From Candidatus Omnitrophota bacterium (GTDB lineage Bacteria > Omnitrophota > Gorgyraeia > Zapsychrales > Fredricksoniimonadaceae), in contig CAWHFJ010000017.1 in the NCBI GenBank assembly GCA_963828495.1, positions 148,342-212,341 on the forward strand: a DNA stretch of 64,000 nt, written 5' to 3'. The translations under genes and the position numbers were made by a program. The stretch's first letter is position 1. Each line of letters begins with the position of its first letter. Of this stretch, positions 43,019 through 51,953 are shown piece after piece. Under the pieces are notes generated by a model, which was given only the letters and a program-made list of their open reading frames with translations, made no database searches and was not told the origin of the DNA.

Positions 43019-44208
43019 TGGATCAACGGATGGATCTCGTTATTATTGGGCATGTGGACCACGGCAAAAGTACGGTAGTCGGCCGTCTTTTGGCTGATGC
43101 AGGGTTTTTGCCGGATGGCAAATTGCAACAGGTCAAAGAGCGTTGCGTTATGAGTCACAGGCCGTTTGAGTATGCTTTTTTGGTCGATGTGCTTAAAGAA
43201 GAGCAGGCGCGAGGCATCACCCTTGATTCAGCCAGAATTTTCTTTAAAACACAAAAAAGACATTATATGGTCATGGATGCACCGGGCCATACGGATCTGT
43301 TAAGAAACATGGTGACCGGTGCGGCATTGGCTGACGCGGCCATTGTGGTGATTGATGTTAAGGCAGGGGTACAGGAAAATACCCGTCGGCATACGCACTT
43401 GCTGCCTTTATTGGGGGTCGGGCAGGTTCTGGTCGTCGTTAACAAGATGGACCTGGTGGGATTTGCCCAGGAGCCTTTTGAGGCCATGAAAAATGAGTAT
43501 GCCCGCTTTTTGTCACAATTGAATATCCGCTCTTTCGGTTATATTCCTATCAGCGCACGCGAAGGTGATTGTCTGACACGGCATAGCTTACGGATGAGGT
43601 GGTATAACGGGCCGACATTACTTGAAGCGCTCGATCGATTGAGCCCTGCCGTTGAAGATATTAAGGCCCCTTTTCGCATGCCGGTCCAGGATGTTTATAC
43701 GTTTCCGGATTATAGGGACGGATGTCCGCTGATCGCAGGGACACCGACGAGCGGGGTTGCGGCTGTAGGGGATGAGTTGATTTTTTATCCTTCAGGAAAG
43801 ACGGGATTGATAAAGACCATTGAACGTTTCGGCACATCTGCTACCTTAGAAGCAAAAGCAAGAAATTGCGTCGCTTTGACGTTGCAAGAGCCCATTAAGA
43901 CCGCACGCGGTCAATTAGCAGTAAAAAAGACGATGGGTATGCCCCCGTGCGTTGCTTCCAGGATCAGGGTCAATCTTTTTTGGCTGGGATCTGTGCCTAT
44001 GGTCAATGGTCGTGCATACACATTGAAAATCGGTACGGATGAAGTGGGGGTGCAGGTGGAGTCCATTGATGAGGGCATTCTTAAGACAGCCAGGCCGATT
44101 GCATTTGACCTTGCCGGCAGTTTGGCGGGCGCAGGCCGTTTTGTGATTGTTGATGAGCATCGGATCTCCGGAGGTGGAGTAATCCTTGAAACGCTTGAGG
44201 ATCATTGA
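43015..44208 (+). CDS. cysN: sulfate adenylyltransferase subunit 1 (GTPase subunit)
   Basis: G1 [10 protein letters not shown]3 DAPGH, G4 NKMD. EF-Tu-like domain II follows. At 397 aa it is shorter than E. coli CysN and has no fused APS-kinase domain. Confidence 0.85.
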
Positions 44209-44218
44209 TAGGAGAAAA

Positions 44219-45703
44219 ATGAAAATTTTATTGAAAGAAAAGTATTTATTATGGGTACTGGCGGTTATTGTAGGGATGGCTAATCCCTGTCAAGCGTTCG
44301 CGGATGACACTACCACCGCGGCCATTGAAAAACGTCTCAATGATCTGGAACAGCAGGTGGCAGAACTTAAACAAGAACTACAAGAACAAAAGCAAAAAAA
44401 CGCCCAAAATGCCCCGCAAGTAACTCCAACTCCGCCGGCAGCTATTGTTACAGCCAACAGCAAGGATGGATTCTCTATTAAATCAGAGGATGGGAATTAT
44501 AGTCTTAAAATCGGCGGCTATACACAGATAGAAGCCCGTGAATTCGGGGCTAATAATAAGGAAGAATTAGATGAAAACAGCAGTATTTTAGCCCGCCGGG
44601 TCAGGCTTATTGTGCAAGGAACAGTAGCCCGTGATTTCGATTATTATTTACAGCCTGATTTTGGTTACAATAATGCTGTTAGCAACATCACCACCACCAC
44701 TCCAAGCGCGTATGCCGTGGCCCTTCAGGATGCCTGGGTAGATTATAAATATTTCCCTGAAGCTACCATCAAAGCGGGTAAGATGAAAACGCCTTTTGAT
44801 CTGGAAAACTTGCAGGATACCCGGTATACGTCCTTTACTGAATTAGGTTTAACAGGCAATCTTTCTCCTCAGCGGGATATTGGGGCGCAATTAGGCGGAA
44901 GCTTGTTCGACGACATAGTAAATTACGCAGGAGGTATTTATGACGGCGCCGCTGACAAGGAAACCGGCTATGGCGGATACAGCACAGCGGCCGGCGGTGA
45001 TACAAATAATAAAAGCGGTACAGGCCGTATTTTTATTAAACCATTTAAAGATACAGGTATCGGTCCCTTAAGAGGTTTGGGAGTGGGTTATGCGGTCAGT
45101 TATGGTAAACAGAAAGGTAGTGACCTGCCCAGTTTCATAACACCCGGACAAGCGCCGATATTTACTTATAACAGCAACGTGTCTGCAGCCGGTCCGCAGT
45201 TGCGTACAGAACCTCAGGCGTATTATTACTATAAATCATTAGGGATTTTAGCCGAAAAAGTCACTGATCAGGAATCATTGCAATATACCGGCGGCACCGC
45301 CGGCAATCCTATTGTTTATCGTGACAGACCGTATAATGAGGCTTGGGAAGTGACCGGCACCTATGTTTTAACGGGTGAAAATGCCTCTTATAATGGGGTC
45401 ATACCTAATAATGACCTTGATCCGTCTAAAGGTCATTGGGGAGCATTTGAGTTAGCCGGCCGTTACGGAGAGTTAAAGTTAGATAGTTCTATTTTTACTG
45501 AAAATTTTGCCAACTTAAACACGTCCGTATCCTCTGAGAAAGCCTGGGCCATAGGGATCAATTGGTATCTAAACCGGAACGCCAAAGTAGTTTTTGATTT
45601 TGAACAAACCAAGTTTGATCGCGGGGCAGTTAATGGAGAACAAACAGATGATCGTAAAACCGAAAATCTGTTCACCACAATGATTCAGTTGAGTTTAGGC
45701 TAA
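44219..45703 (+). CDS. OprO/OprP-type (phosphate/anion-selective) porin with N-terminal coiled coil
   Basis: ATG at 44219 after an aggag RBS, then a signal peptide (..MANPCQAFA). Coiled coil IEKRLNDLEQQVAELKQELQEQKQK. The body is beta-rich and ends ...MIQLSLG. Family resemblance to Porin_O_P. Confidence 0.7.
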   Translation: MKILLKEKYLLWVLAVIVGMANPCQAFADDTTTAAIEKRLNDLEQQVAELKQELQEQKQKNAQNAPQVTPTPPAAIVTANSKDGFSIKSEDGNYSLKIGGYTQIEAREFGANNKEELDENSSILARRVRLIVQGTVARDFDYYLQPDFGYNNAVSNITTTTPSAYAVALQDAWVDYKYFPEATIKAGKMKTPFDLENLQDTRYTSFTELGLTGNLSPQRDIGAQLGGSLFDDIVNYAGGIYDGAADKETGYGGYSTAAGGDTNNKSGTGRIFIKPFKDTGIGPLRGLGVGYAVSYGKQKGSDLPSFITPGQAPIFTYNSNVSAAGPQLRTEPQAYYYYKSLGILAEKVTDQESLQYTGGTAGNPIVYRDRPYNEAWEVTGTYVLTGENASYNGVIPNNDLDPSKGHWGAFELAGRYGELKLDSSIFTENFANLNTSVSSEKAWAIGINWYLNRNAKVVFDFEQTKFDRGAVNGEQTDDRKTENLFTTMIQLSLG

Positions 45704-45726
45704 AGCACCAAAAAGGAGAAAAAATT

Positions 45727-46608
45727 ATGAAATATAAGGCTGTTAAAGTTATAGGGTTGATTATAGTGCTGCTTTTGATTGCGGGGGCTTTTTGGAGGGT
45801 AGTTTTTTTGAAGAACGGTCAGATCACCAATCTGAATGACCAATTGACGGCAACGCAGGAAAAATTGGATAATGTCAGTAAAGAGTTAGATACTGTAAGC
45901 AACAAATTAGATAATGTGAGTAAGGAGTTGACTGATACTCAAAATAATTTAAAAACAGAACATGAAAAATTTGTTGCTGCAAAAGTTCAAATAACCGATC
46001 TGAATGAACAATTAGCGGCAACGCAAGAGAAATTGGATAGTATCAGTAAGGAGTTGACCGCCACCCAAAACAATGTGAAAACAGAACATGGGAAACTTGT
46101 TTTGGCCGATAAAGAATGGAACAATACTAAAAAAGAATTAGCCGCAACGAAGAATGATTTAAAAATGGCCATGCGCAATTTGGCGGCGGCGAACAAAAAA
46201 TTGGATGAACTTACGGAAAGACTCGTTAGCACAAATAACGGGAAAATGTTATCGGAGCCTCCCCAAGAACAGAGAATAGAGATATTGTCTCTATCGACTA
46301 TTGCCCAGCTGCCTAATAAGATGTTGATCGTGGGAACAGGGAGAGCCATTCTCAATGATGGGAACGAATTTTACCATTGGAACAGCCCCACTCCGCCGAA
46401 GATTGAAGTGGAAGTTAGATTAGACTCTCTTCCGACTTTTGTTGCTCAGGAGCTAAAGTCAGTTTTAAATAGTAAGATCCCTGAAGGGCAAGCCATCTAT
46501 TTTGTCGGCAAAGGGAATTTTCAAAGCATTAATAATAATGCGGAAGGCAAATTTGAGCTAGATCCTTTAGTAAAGTGCGACCTTGTATCGAAAGATACGA
46601 TAAAATAA
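45727..46608 (+). CDS. membrane-anchored coiled-coil protein with an internal ~52-aa duplication
   Basis: N-terminal TM helix. ITNLNDQLTATQEKLDNVSKEL..TDTQNNLKTEHEKFV is repeated as ITDLNEQLAATQEKLDSISKELTATQNNVKTEHGKLV. Confidence 0.5.
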   Translation: MKYKAVKVIGLIIVLLLIAGAFWRVVFLKNGQITNLNDQLTATQEKLDNVSKELDTVSNKLDNVSKELTDTQNNLKTEHEKFVAAKVQITDLNEQLAATQEKLDSISKELTATQNNVKTEHGKLVLADKEWNNTKKELAATKNDLKMAMRNLAAANKKLDELTERLVSTNNGKMLSEPPQEQRIEILSLSTIAQLPNKMLIVGTGRAILNDGNEFYHWNSPTPPKIEVEVRLDSLPTFVAQELKSVLNSKIPEGQAIYFVGKGNFQSINNNAEGKFELDPLVKCDLVSKDTIK

Positions 46609-46644
46609 GATAAGTGCCATTGCCGGCAAAGAAAGGGAGCATCC

Positions 46645-47139
46645 ATGGAATATTCTTTCGCATCCTATCAAATAGCAGAAATGGCGGGTGAAATGGAAAG
46701 GCAAGGTTGTACTTTTTATCAGCAATTGGCTAATTTTTCGACAAATGAAGCAGTCAAAGAGTTATTTTCTTACTTAGCTAAAAGTGAACAGAGGCATGAA
46801 AAAGACTTTCTCAATATTGCCCAAAATATGAAGTCTTCAGAAGAAGTTTATGAATACCCGGTTAATATCGCTGCGATGATGAAATCCGGAATCAATCAAT
46901 TGAAGAGAGCAAGGATCAATTCGGTCTCTACGGATCAACCAATTGACATGCCTCGAGCCTTAGAAATTGCCATCGATGCTGAAAAACTGGCCGTGCAAGT
47001 TTACAGCGAGATTGCCCAATCTTATTCAGAACGGTTTACTAAAGTTTTGGAAAAAATTATTGCTCAAGAAAACTCACATTTAAAAAGGCTCCAGAATTTA
47101 AAACAAACAATCCAACCTGACACAAAGGGAAAATTTTGA
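46645..47139 (+). CDS. ferritin-like / rubrerythrin-like diiron protein (paralogue 2)
   Basis: Collinear with 8796-9272 (MEYSFASYQIAEMA.EME...FYQQLA.FS..EAVKELFSYLAKSE..HEKDFL). 4-nt overlap with the next gene. Confidence 0.55.
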   Translation: MEYSFASYQIAEMAGEMERQGCTFYQQLANFSTNEAVKELFSYLAKSEQRHEKDFLNIAQNMKSSEEVYEYPVNIAAMMKSGINQLKRARINSVSTDQPIDMPRALEIAIDAEKLAVQVYSEIAQSYSERFTKVLEKIIAQENSHLKRLQNLKQTIQPDTKGKF

Positions 47140-48683
47140 TTACTTCTGATACAAAGCTTCTTCAGAAGATGTTCCTGGTAGGATTGCAGCTCGCCTTCCT
47201 TATAAACGCCTTCCCGGCCCATGCCGGCACTCTCATACTTAAACCTATGGGGCAGCCACGGGCTTTGCATGGCCCCATTTTCGGGGCTTCTACAACAGCG
47301 TTCTATGAACATCTGCTGGACGATCCAATCAAAATATCCGTGCTGAAAACGATGGCTATAGGGCTTGACCGTTTTTGCGGAGGGTCTGATGCCAATTTTT
47401 ATAATTGGCGTACAGGGCATATTGAAATTCAGGCATACCCTAATAGTTCTCCTTATGTACGCTTCTGGGTCAAAGCAGCCAGAAATATCAACCGCGGCAA
47501 GCCCGACGGTGTCATGATGGAGCAGTATGCATCTTTTTCCCAACAGATTGGGGCACAGGTGATTCTTGTGCCTAATCTGGAATCCTCAAGCGTCGATGAG
47601 CAGGTAGAATGGGTCAAGCGCTTAAGTTCTGAGGGTATTGTTCCGCAGCGGATCGAATTAGGCAATGAATTTTGGGTTGCAATGGGCAATGACCCCCAAA
47701 GCCTGGAGCGTTGGCCTGATGAGCCAACCAGCATGCGGATCATGAAGCAATATGTGGATGCGTTTAGGCCCTATTTACCGAAAAATGCCAAGGTCGCTGT
47801 GCAAGCCGCTGCAGGCGCCCTTGATGCAAGAAGGGGCAGGTTTGGCCAACGGCTTCGGCAGTGGGACGAAGATTTGCATCCTGAGCCATGGTTTGATGCT
47901 GTTACAGTACATCTTTATCCCCGTTTACGCGATGTCATGGGTGACCGGGATGCGGGCTCGACACCCCCGACAGCGGAAAATGCAATGGTCCGCCTGGGGG
48001 CCATGATGGCCCGTGTGGATGAAGGCGTAGACAAAATCCTTCAAGATATCGAAAGTCGCGTCCCGGGCAAGGAGATTTGGGTCACAGAATGGAATTCGCG
48101 CGGGTCCAATCCAACGGCCCAACGCAGTGAAACGGATGCCGAGCCCCTGTCTCCGGTAATGGAGATGCTGACCGCAAGTCGCATGGCGCTTGTTTATCTT
48201 CGGCATCCTTCAGTGACCGCTTCGCTCTTTTTCATGTATAGCTTTAGGCCAAGAGATCCCCACAAAATGTTTGTTCCGGATGGCCAGGGGAGTTATGCCC
48301 CGGTGCCTGCGGCTGCCGCGCTGCGCTGGTTAAGCCAGGCCGCCAATAGCGGTAGTTCTTTCCAGCGCTTGGTCCAAGCAGACGAAATGCCGGTTGCCGG
48401 CGGGGGAACAAACAACGAATCCTATCTTCCGGTAGAAGGTGGGCTCTTTGAATCGCCCGAAAGCAAGACCCTTCTCTTAGAGAACGCTTCTGCCGCAAGT
48501 TTTTCTTTTGATCCTACGACGTTGGTGGGAGGGCGCGCCCCAAGCCGGGTTGAAACTCTTGTGACAGATGATTTGCTTGACCTTGAAGTGTCCGCTGCCC
48601 GGATTCAAACTCAAGACGTTAGCGCACCCATTAAAATCCCGCCATTTTCCCTAACCCGGATCGTTTGGGAACTGTCATCCTGA
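47136..48683 (+). CDS. exported clan GH-A-like (beta/alpha)8 glycoside-hydrolase-like protein
   Basis: Signal-like N-terminus (..LINAFPAHAG). Candidate acid/base site IELGNEFW and nucleophile site EIWVTEWN, about 140 residues apart as in GH-A enzymes. The GH family is not assignable by eye. GC is visibly higher than in the neighbouring genes. Confidence 0.4.
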   Translation: MITSDTKLLQKMFLVGLQLAFLINAFPAHAGTLILKPMGQPRALHGPIFGASTTAFYEHLLDDPIKISVLKTMAIGLDRFCGGSDANFYNWRTGHIEIQAYPNSSPYVRFWVKAARNINRGKPDGVMMEQYASFSQQIGAQVILVPNLESSSVDEQVEWVKRLSSEGIVPQRIELGNEFWVAMGNDPQSLERWPDEPTSMRIMKQYVDAFRPYLPKNAKVAVQAAAGALDARRGRFGQRLRQWDEDLHPEPWFDAVTVHLYPRLRDVMGDRDAGSTPPTAENAMVRLGAMMARVDEGVDKILQDIESRVPGKEIWVTEWNSRGSNPTAQRSETDAEPLSPVMEMLTASRMALVYLRHPSVTASLFFMYSFRPRDPHKMFVPDGQGSYAPVPAAAALRWLSQAANSGSSFQRLVQADEMPVAGGGTNNESYLPVEGGLFESPESKTLLLENASAASFSFDPTTLVGGRAPSRVETLVTDDLLDLEVSAARIQTQDVSAPIKIPPFSLTRIVWELSS

Positions 48684-48693
48684 TCCTATATTA

Positions 48694-48727
48694 CTGTCAT
48701 TCTGAGCGCAGCGAAGAATCCTTAGGC
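48694..48727. repeat. REP-like element, variant 2 (ctgtcattctgagcgcagcgaagaatc.ttaagg)
   Basis: Near-identical copy at 53845-53877. Confidence 0.7.
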
Positions 48728-48729
48728 AC

Positions 48730-48748
48730 ATATCACAATTTGTGATAT
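48730..48748. promoter_or_regulatory. perfect palindrome ATATCACA-att-TGTGATAT, candidate operator
   Basis: 8-bp arms with a 3-nt spacer. A further TTGTGATA half-site at 48833-48840 lies 33 nt before the 48873 ATG. Confidence 0.3.
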
Positions 48749-48790
48749 CCTAATAACAATCCTTCCCCCAAGGATTTTACATAAATTCCC
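48748..48790 (+). repeat. ~40-bp intergenic direct repeat, copy 1 (tcctaataacaatccttcccccaaggattttacataaatt)
   Basis: Matches 52362-52404 (ttcctaataacaaatccttccctcaaggaacttatataaatt). Contains a short hairpin tcctt-ccc.c-aagga. Confidence 0.65.
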
Positions 48791-48872
48791 CCAGTAAGCG
48801 TATTAATAATATTATCTTGCCAATACCCATATTTGTGATACATTTGTATATACAAGTGGGTGAAAGAGGATT

Positions 48873-49133
48873 ATGGATAAGGCCCGCTGGAATCCATTAA
48901 AGAATCTGTATTTAAAACAAACAAGGGGAATAACTTTTGATGAAATTATCCATGCAAAGCTGCTCGGTATCACAGAACATCCAACACATACGCACCAAAG
49001 TATTCTCATTTATGAGCACAAACAATATGTGTGGGCTGTTCCATGCGTAATCAATGAGAAAGGTACGTTCTTAAAAACTATATATAAAAGCCGTAAATTA
49101 ATGAAGAAATATACCAAGGAGGAACATCAATGA
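48873..49133 (+). CDS. BrnT-like (DUF497-like) toxin candidate
   Basis: 86 aa. WNPLKNLYLKQTRGITFDEI resembles the W/F-D-x-x-K-x-x-x-N-x-x-K-H-G-V-S-F-x-E start of BrnT toxins. 4-nt overlap with a downstream RHH-type partner. Confidence 0.45.
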   Translation: MDKARWNPLKNLYLKQTRGITFDEIIHAKLLGITEHPTHTHQSILIYEHKQYVWAVPCVINEKGTFLKTIYKSRKLMKKYTKEEHQ

Positions 49134-49402
49134 AAAAGATAAAACTGACCAAATATGAACAATATATCGAAGATCATATAGATGAATACGTTCCGGTATC
49201 AAAAGAAAAATTCAATACTATTGTTAAATCCATTGAAGCCAGAAAGAAGGATGCTGTTTTAAATATCCGCATCAACCAAGGGGACCTAAACAACCTCAAA
49301 GATAAGGCTAAGCACTTAGGGGTCAAATATCAAACATTTATAGCTGAAATCTTACATAACTTTGCTCAGGATGAGAGTGTAAGTTTAAAAGGTAGGCACT
49401 AA
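49130..49402 (+). CDS. BrnA/CopG-like antitoxin candidate
   Basis: 90 aa. The C-terminal block LNIRINQGDLNNLKDKAKHLGVKYQTFIAEILH is typical of BrnA-type ribbon-helix-helix antitoxins. Confidence 0.5.
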   Translation: MKKIKLTKYEQYIEDHIDEYVPVSKEKFNTIVKSIEARKKDAVLNIRINQGDLNNLKDKAKHLGVKYQTFIAEILHNFAQDESVSLKGRH

Positions 49403-49405
49403 AAT

Positions 49406-49432
49406 AAAAATAGGGGACAGCGCCCTATTTTT
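49406..49432. terminator. bidirectional rho-independent terminator between convergent genes
   Basis: aaaaataggg-gacagcg-ccctattttt. 10-bp stem with A/T runs on both sides, sitting between the brnA-like stop (49402) and the symporter stop (49451). Confidence 0.6.
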
Positions 49433-49450
49433 ATCTTATTTGCGCATTTT

Positions 49451-50674
49451 TTAGCACTTTGCCATCTTCTGCACAACACAGGCACCGATACAATCACCTT
49501 CGACATTAACGACCGTACGAATGGTATCTAAAGGCCGGTCAATGGCAATGAGAATGGCCACGGCTTGCGCGGGCAGTCCAACGGCTTGTAACACCATGAT
49601 CATGGTCACCATGCCGGCACTGGGTATTCCGGGTGCCCCTATGGATGCCATCATGGCTGTCAGGACCACGATAGCCTGTGATAGCAGGGTCAGGTGAGCC
49701 CCGCATAAATTAGCCACGAATAGGGCAGCCATGGCCTCGTACATGGCAGTTCCATCCATATTCAGAATGGCCCCAACCGGCAGCACAAAACGGGCGATAT
49801 GTTTATCCACCTTTAGGTTCTCTGTGATACAGCGCAGGCTTACAGGCAGGGTGGCGGTCGAAGAACTGGTCGAAAATGCCGTGATAAACGCTTCTTTCAT
49901 GGCCAAAAAGAATCTAAGGGGGAAACCCTTGTGATCAGCCATAAAATAATTGGCAGTGTGATCAGTCCGTGAAAAAGTGTGGTCCCGACAACCACGATAA
50001 TATATTTACTTAAAACGTACAGCAATTGCACATTTTGTTGGGCGATGAGTTTGGTTAAAAGTCCCATGATGCCAAGAGGCGCCAGGCGCATGATCCAACG
50101 CACGATGGTCATGGTGATTTCAAACAGTTCATTGATCACTTTTAAGATAGTTTGGCCTTTTCACCTAAAACAACGATGGCAATCCCTAAAAATACGGCAA
50201 ATAGCACAACGGTAATAATATAGTTTTGGCTCATGGCAGCCAATGGGTTCATGAATACAGTATGGTGATGACGTGAAAGGCATTCATGCTTTCTTTGAAT
50301 AAATGGATATCAAGCCCAACACCGGGTTTGATAAAATTCATGGCTGTCAGGCCGGTCATGGCGGCCAAAGCCGTGGTGGTTAAAGAATAGAATATCAGGG
50401 TAGGCCATATGCGCCTTAATTGAGGGGAGTTTTTCAAATTGGCAATACCGGCACCAATAGAAGTAAAAACAAGGGGGATCATGATCATTTTAAGCAAATT
50501 GATAAAAATTTTGCCTAAAATATCAAAACCAAAAAGAAAATGTGAGCAAGTCTGGGCAGGCAAAGCCGTATGGCCAAAAATAATGCCAAAAATCACCCCC
50601 AGAATGGCTCCTAAGAAAATTTGTGTGTTCAGTGATATTTTTACTTGTGATTTAACCATAGAAATATGATACAC
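49451..50674 (-). pseudogene. dicarboxylate/amino-acid:cation symporter (DAACS/SDF family), three frameshifts
   Basis: N-terminal (50249-50674), middle (49897-50139 plus MNPLAAMSQNYIITVVLFAVFLGIAIVVLGEKAK in a third frame) and C-terminal (49451-49942; ..AFSTSSS..LPVGA..NMDGTA..IDRPLDTIRTVVNVEGD) fragments are collinear with the family. Shifts at ~50250, ~50150 and ~49925, the last in a C5 run. Confidence 0.8.
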
Positions 50675-50682
50675 TAATTTTT

Positions 50683-51942
50683 ATGTTTATGACGCCCTAT
50701 AATTATTATTTACCGGTAGTTTTGCTTATCCTTATCGGCGGATACATCGTCAACTTCATCATCGAGCAGTTGGATATCGCCTATGCGCCGCCGGTCTTGC
50801 CTCGTGAATTGGAGGGATATTACGACGCTGAAAAATACCAAAAGTCGCAAAGTTACCTCAAAAAGAAGGTCCGCTTCAGCCTTATCGAAAACGCCTTCTT
50901 TACTTGCGGTGTCATTATTTTTATTCTGGCCGGCTGGTTTAATCTGATAGACGGCTGCGCGCGTTCTCTTCATCAGCCGCCGCTCGTTACAGGGCTTATT
51001 TTTCTCGGGATACTTTATCTGACCTATTATATCTTTTCGATCCCGTTTTCCGCTTACCAAACATTCGTTATAGAAGAAAAGTATGGTTTCAACAGGACCA
51101 CGCCGAAAACATTCGTTGTCGATATTTTTAAAAATATGATATTAACAATACTCCTTGGCGGGATAATAGTAGCGCTTATTTTGTGGTTTTTTAACATTTT
51201 AGGCAGATGGGCCTGGGTTTATTCATGGATAGCCGTGACGGTTTATCAGTTATTTCTTGTATTTATAGCGCCTGTGACTATCCTGCCGCTCTTTAATAAA
51301 TTTACGCCCCTGGAAGAAGGCCAGTTAAAAGCCGCCATCACCGATTACGCATGTGCGCAGGATTTTAAGATAAAGGGCATATACAAGATGGATGCTTCGC
51401 GCCGCAGCGCCAAATCGAACGCTTTTTTTACAGGACTCGGAGCTTACAAGCGGATCGTGCTCTTCGATACCCTGGTCACTAATATGAAGACGGATGAACT
51501 GGTGGCGGTCCTTGCCCATGAGATAGGGCACTATAAGCACAAAGATATCTTTAAGAGCCTCGCCGTATCAACCGCAAGCATAGGACTTATGTTTTTCGGG
51601 CTGTCGTTTTTTATCTATAACAAAGATTTTTTTGCGGCATTTAAGATGGCCAACATCTCTGTTTATGCAGGACTCTTCTTATTTACATTCCTCTACCAGC
51701 CGGTCAATGATCTGTTCTCGGTCGGGACCAATTATATCTCGCGGCGTTTTGAAATTCTGGCCGATAGGTTCTCGGTCGATACCTATAAACATCCGCAAGC
51801 CATGATTAATGCGCTTAAGCGTCTGAGTGTCGATAACCTGTCAAATCTTACCCCTCATCCCTTGAAAGTATTCTTATCTTACAGTCATCCGCCTGTGCTT
51901 ACGAGGATAGAGGCGATAAGGAAAGTCGAAAAGGCCAAATAG
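50683..51942 (+). CDS. M48 family (Ste24/HtpX-like) membrane zinc metalloprotease
   Basis: Polytopic N-terminal half. HEIGHYKH zinc motif. C-terminal ...SHPPVLTRIEAI, as in Ste24-type CAAX proteases. Confidence 0.85.
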   Translation: MFMTPYNYYLPVVLLILIGGYIVNFIIEQLDIAYAPPVLPRELEGYYDAEKYQKSQSYLKKKVRFSLIENAFFTCGVIIFILAGWFNLIDGCARSLHQPPLVTGLIFLGILYLTYYIFSIPFSAYQTFVIEEKYGFNRTTPKTFVVDIFKNMILTILLGGIIVALILWFFNILGRWAWVYSWIAVTVYQLFLVFIAPVTILPLFNKFTPLEEGQLKAAITDYACAQDFKIKGIYKMDASRRSAKSNAFFTGLGAYKRIVLFDTLVTNMKTDELVAVLAHEIGHYKHKDIFKSLAVSTASIGLMFFGLSFFIYNKDFFAAFKMANISVYAGLFLFTFLYQPVNDLFSVGTNYISRRFEILADRFSVDTYKHPQAMINALKRLSVDNLSNLTPHPLKVFLSYSHPPVLTRIEAIRKVEKAK

Positions 51943-51953
51943 GAGGAGTTAAA

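Noticed and set aside
43015-44208. The possibility that cysN (397 aa) is a truncated pseudogene like cysD.
   Set aside because: The ORF is uninterrupted and has the G1, G3 and G4 motifs and a domain-II-like region. It ends at a clean stop just before the porin gene's RBS. The shorter length alone is not evidence of truncation.
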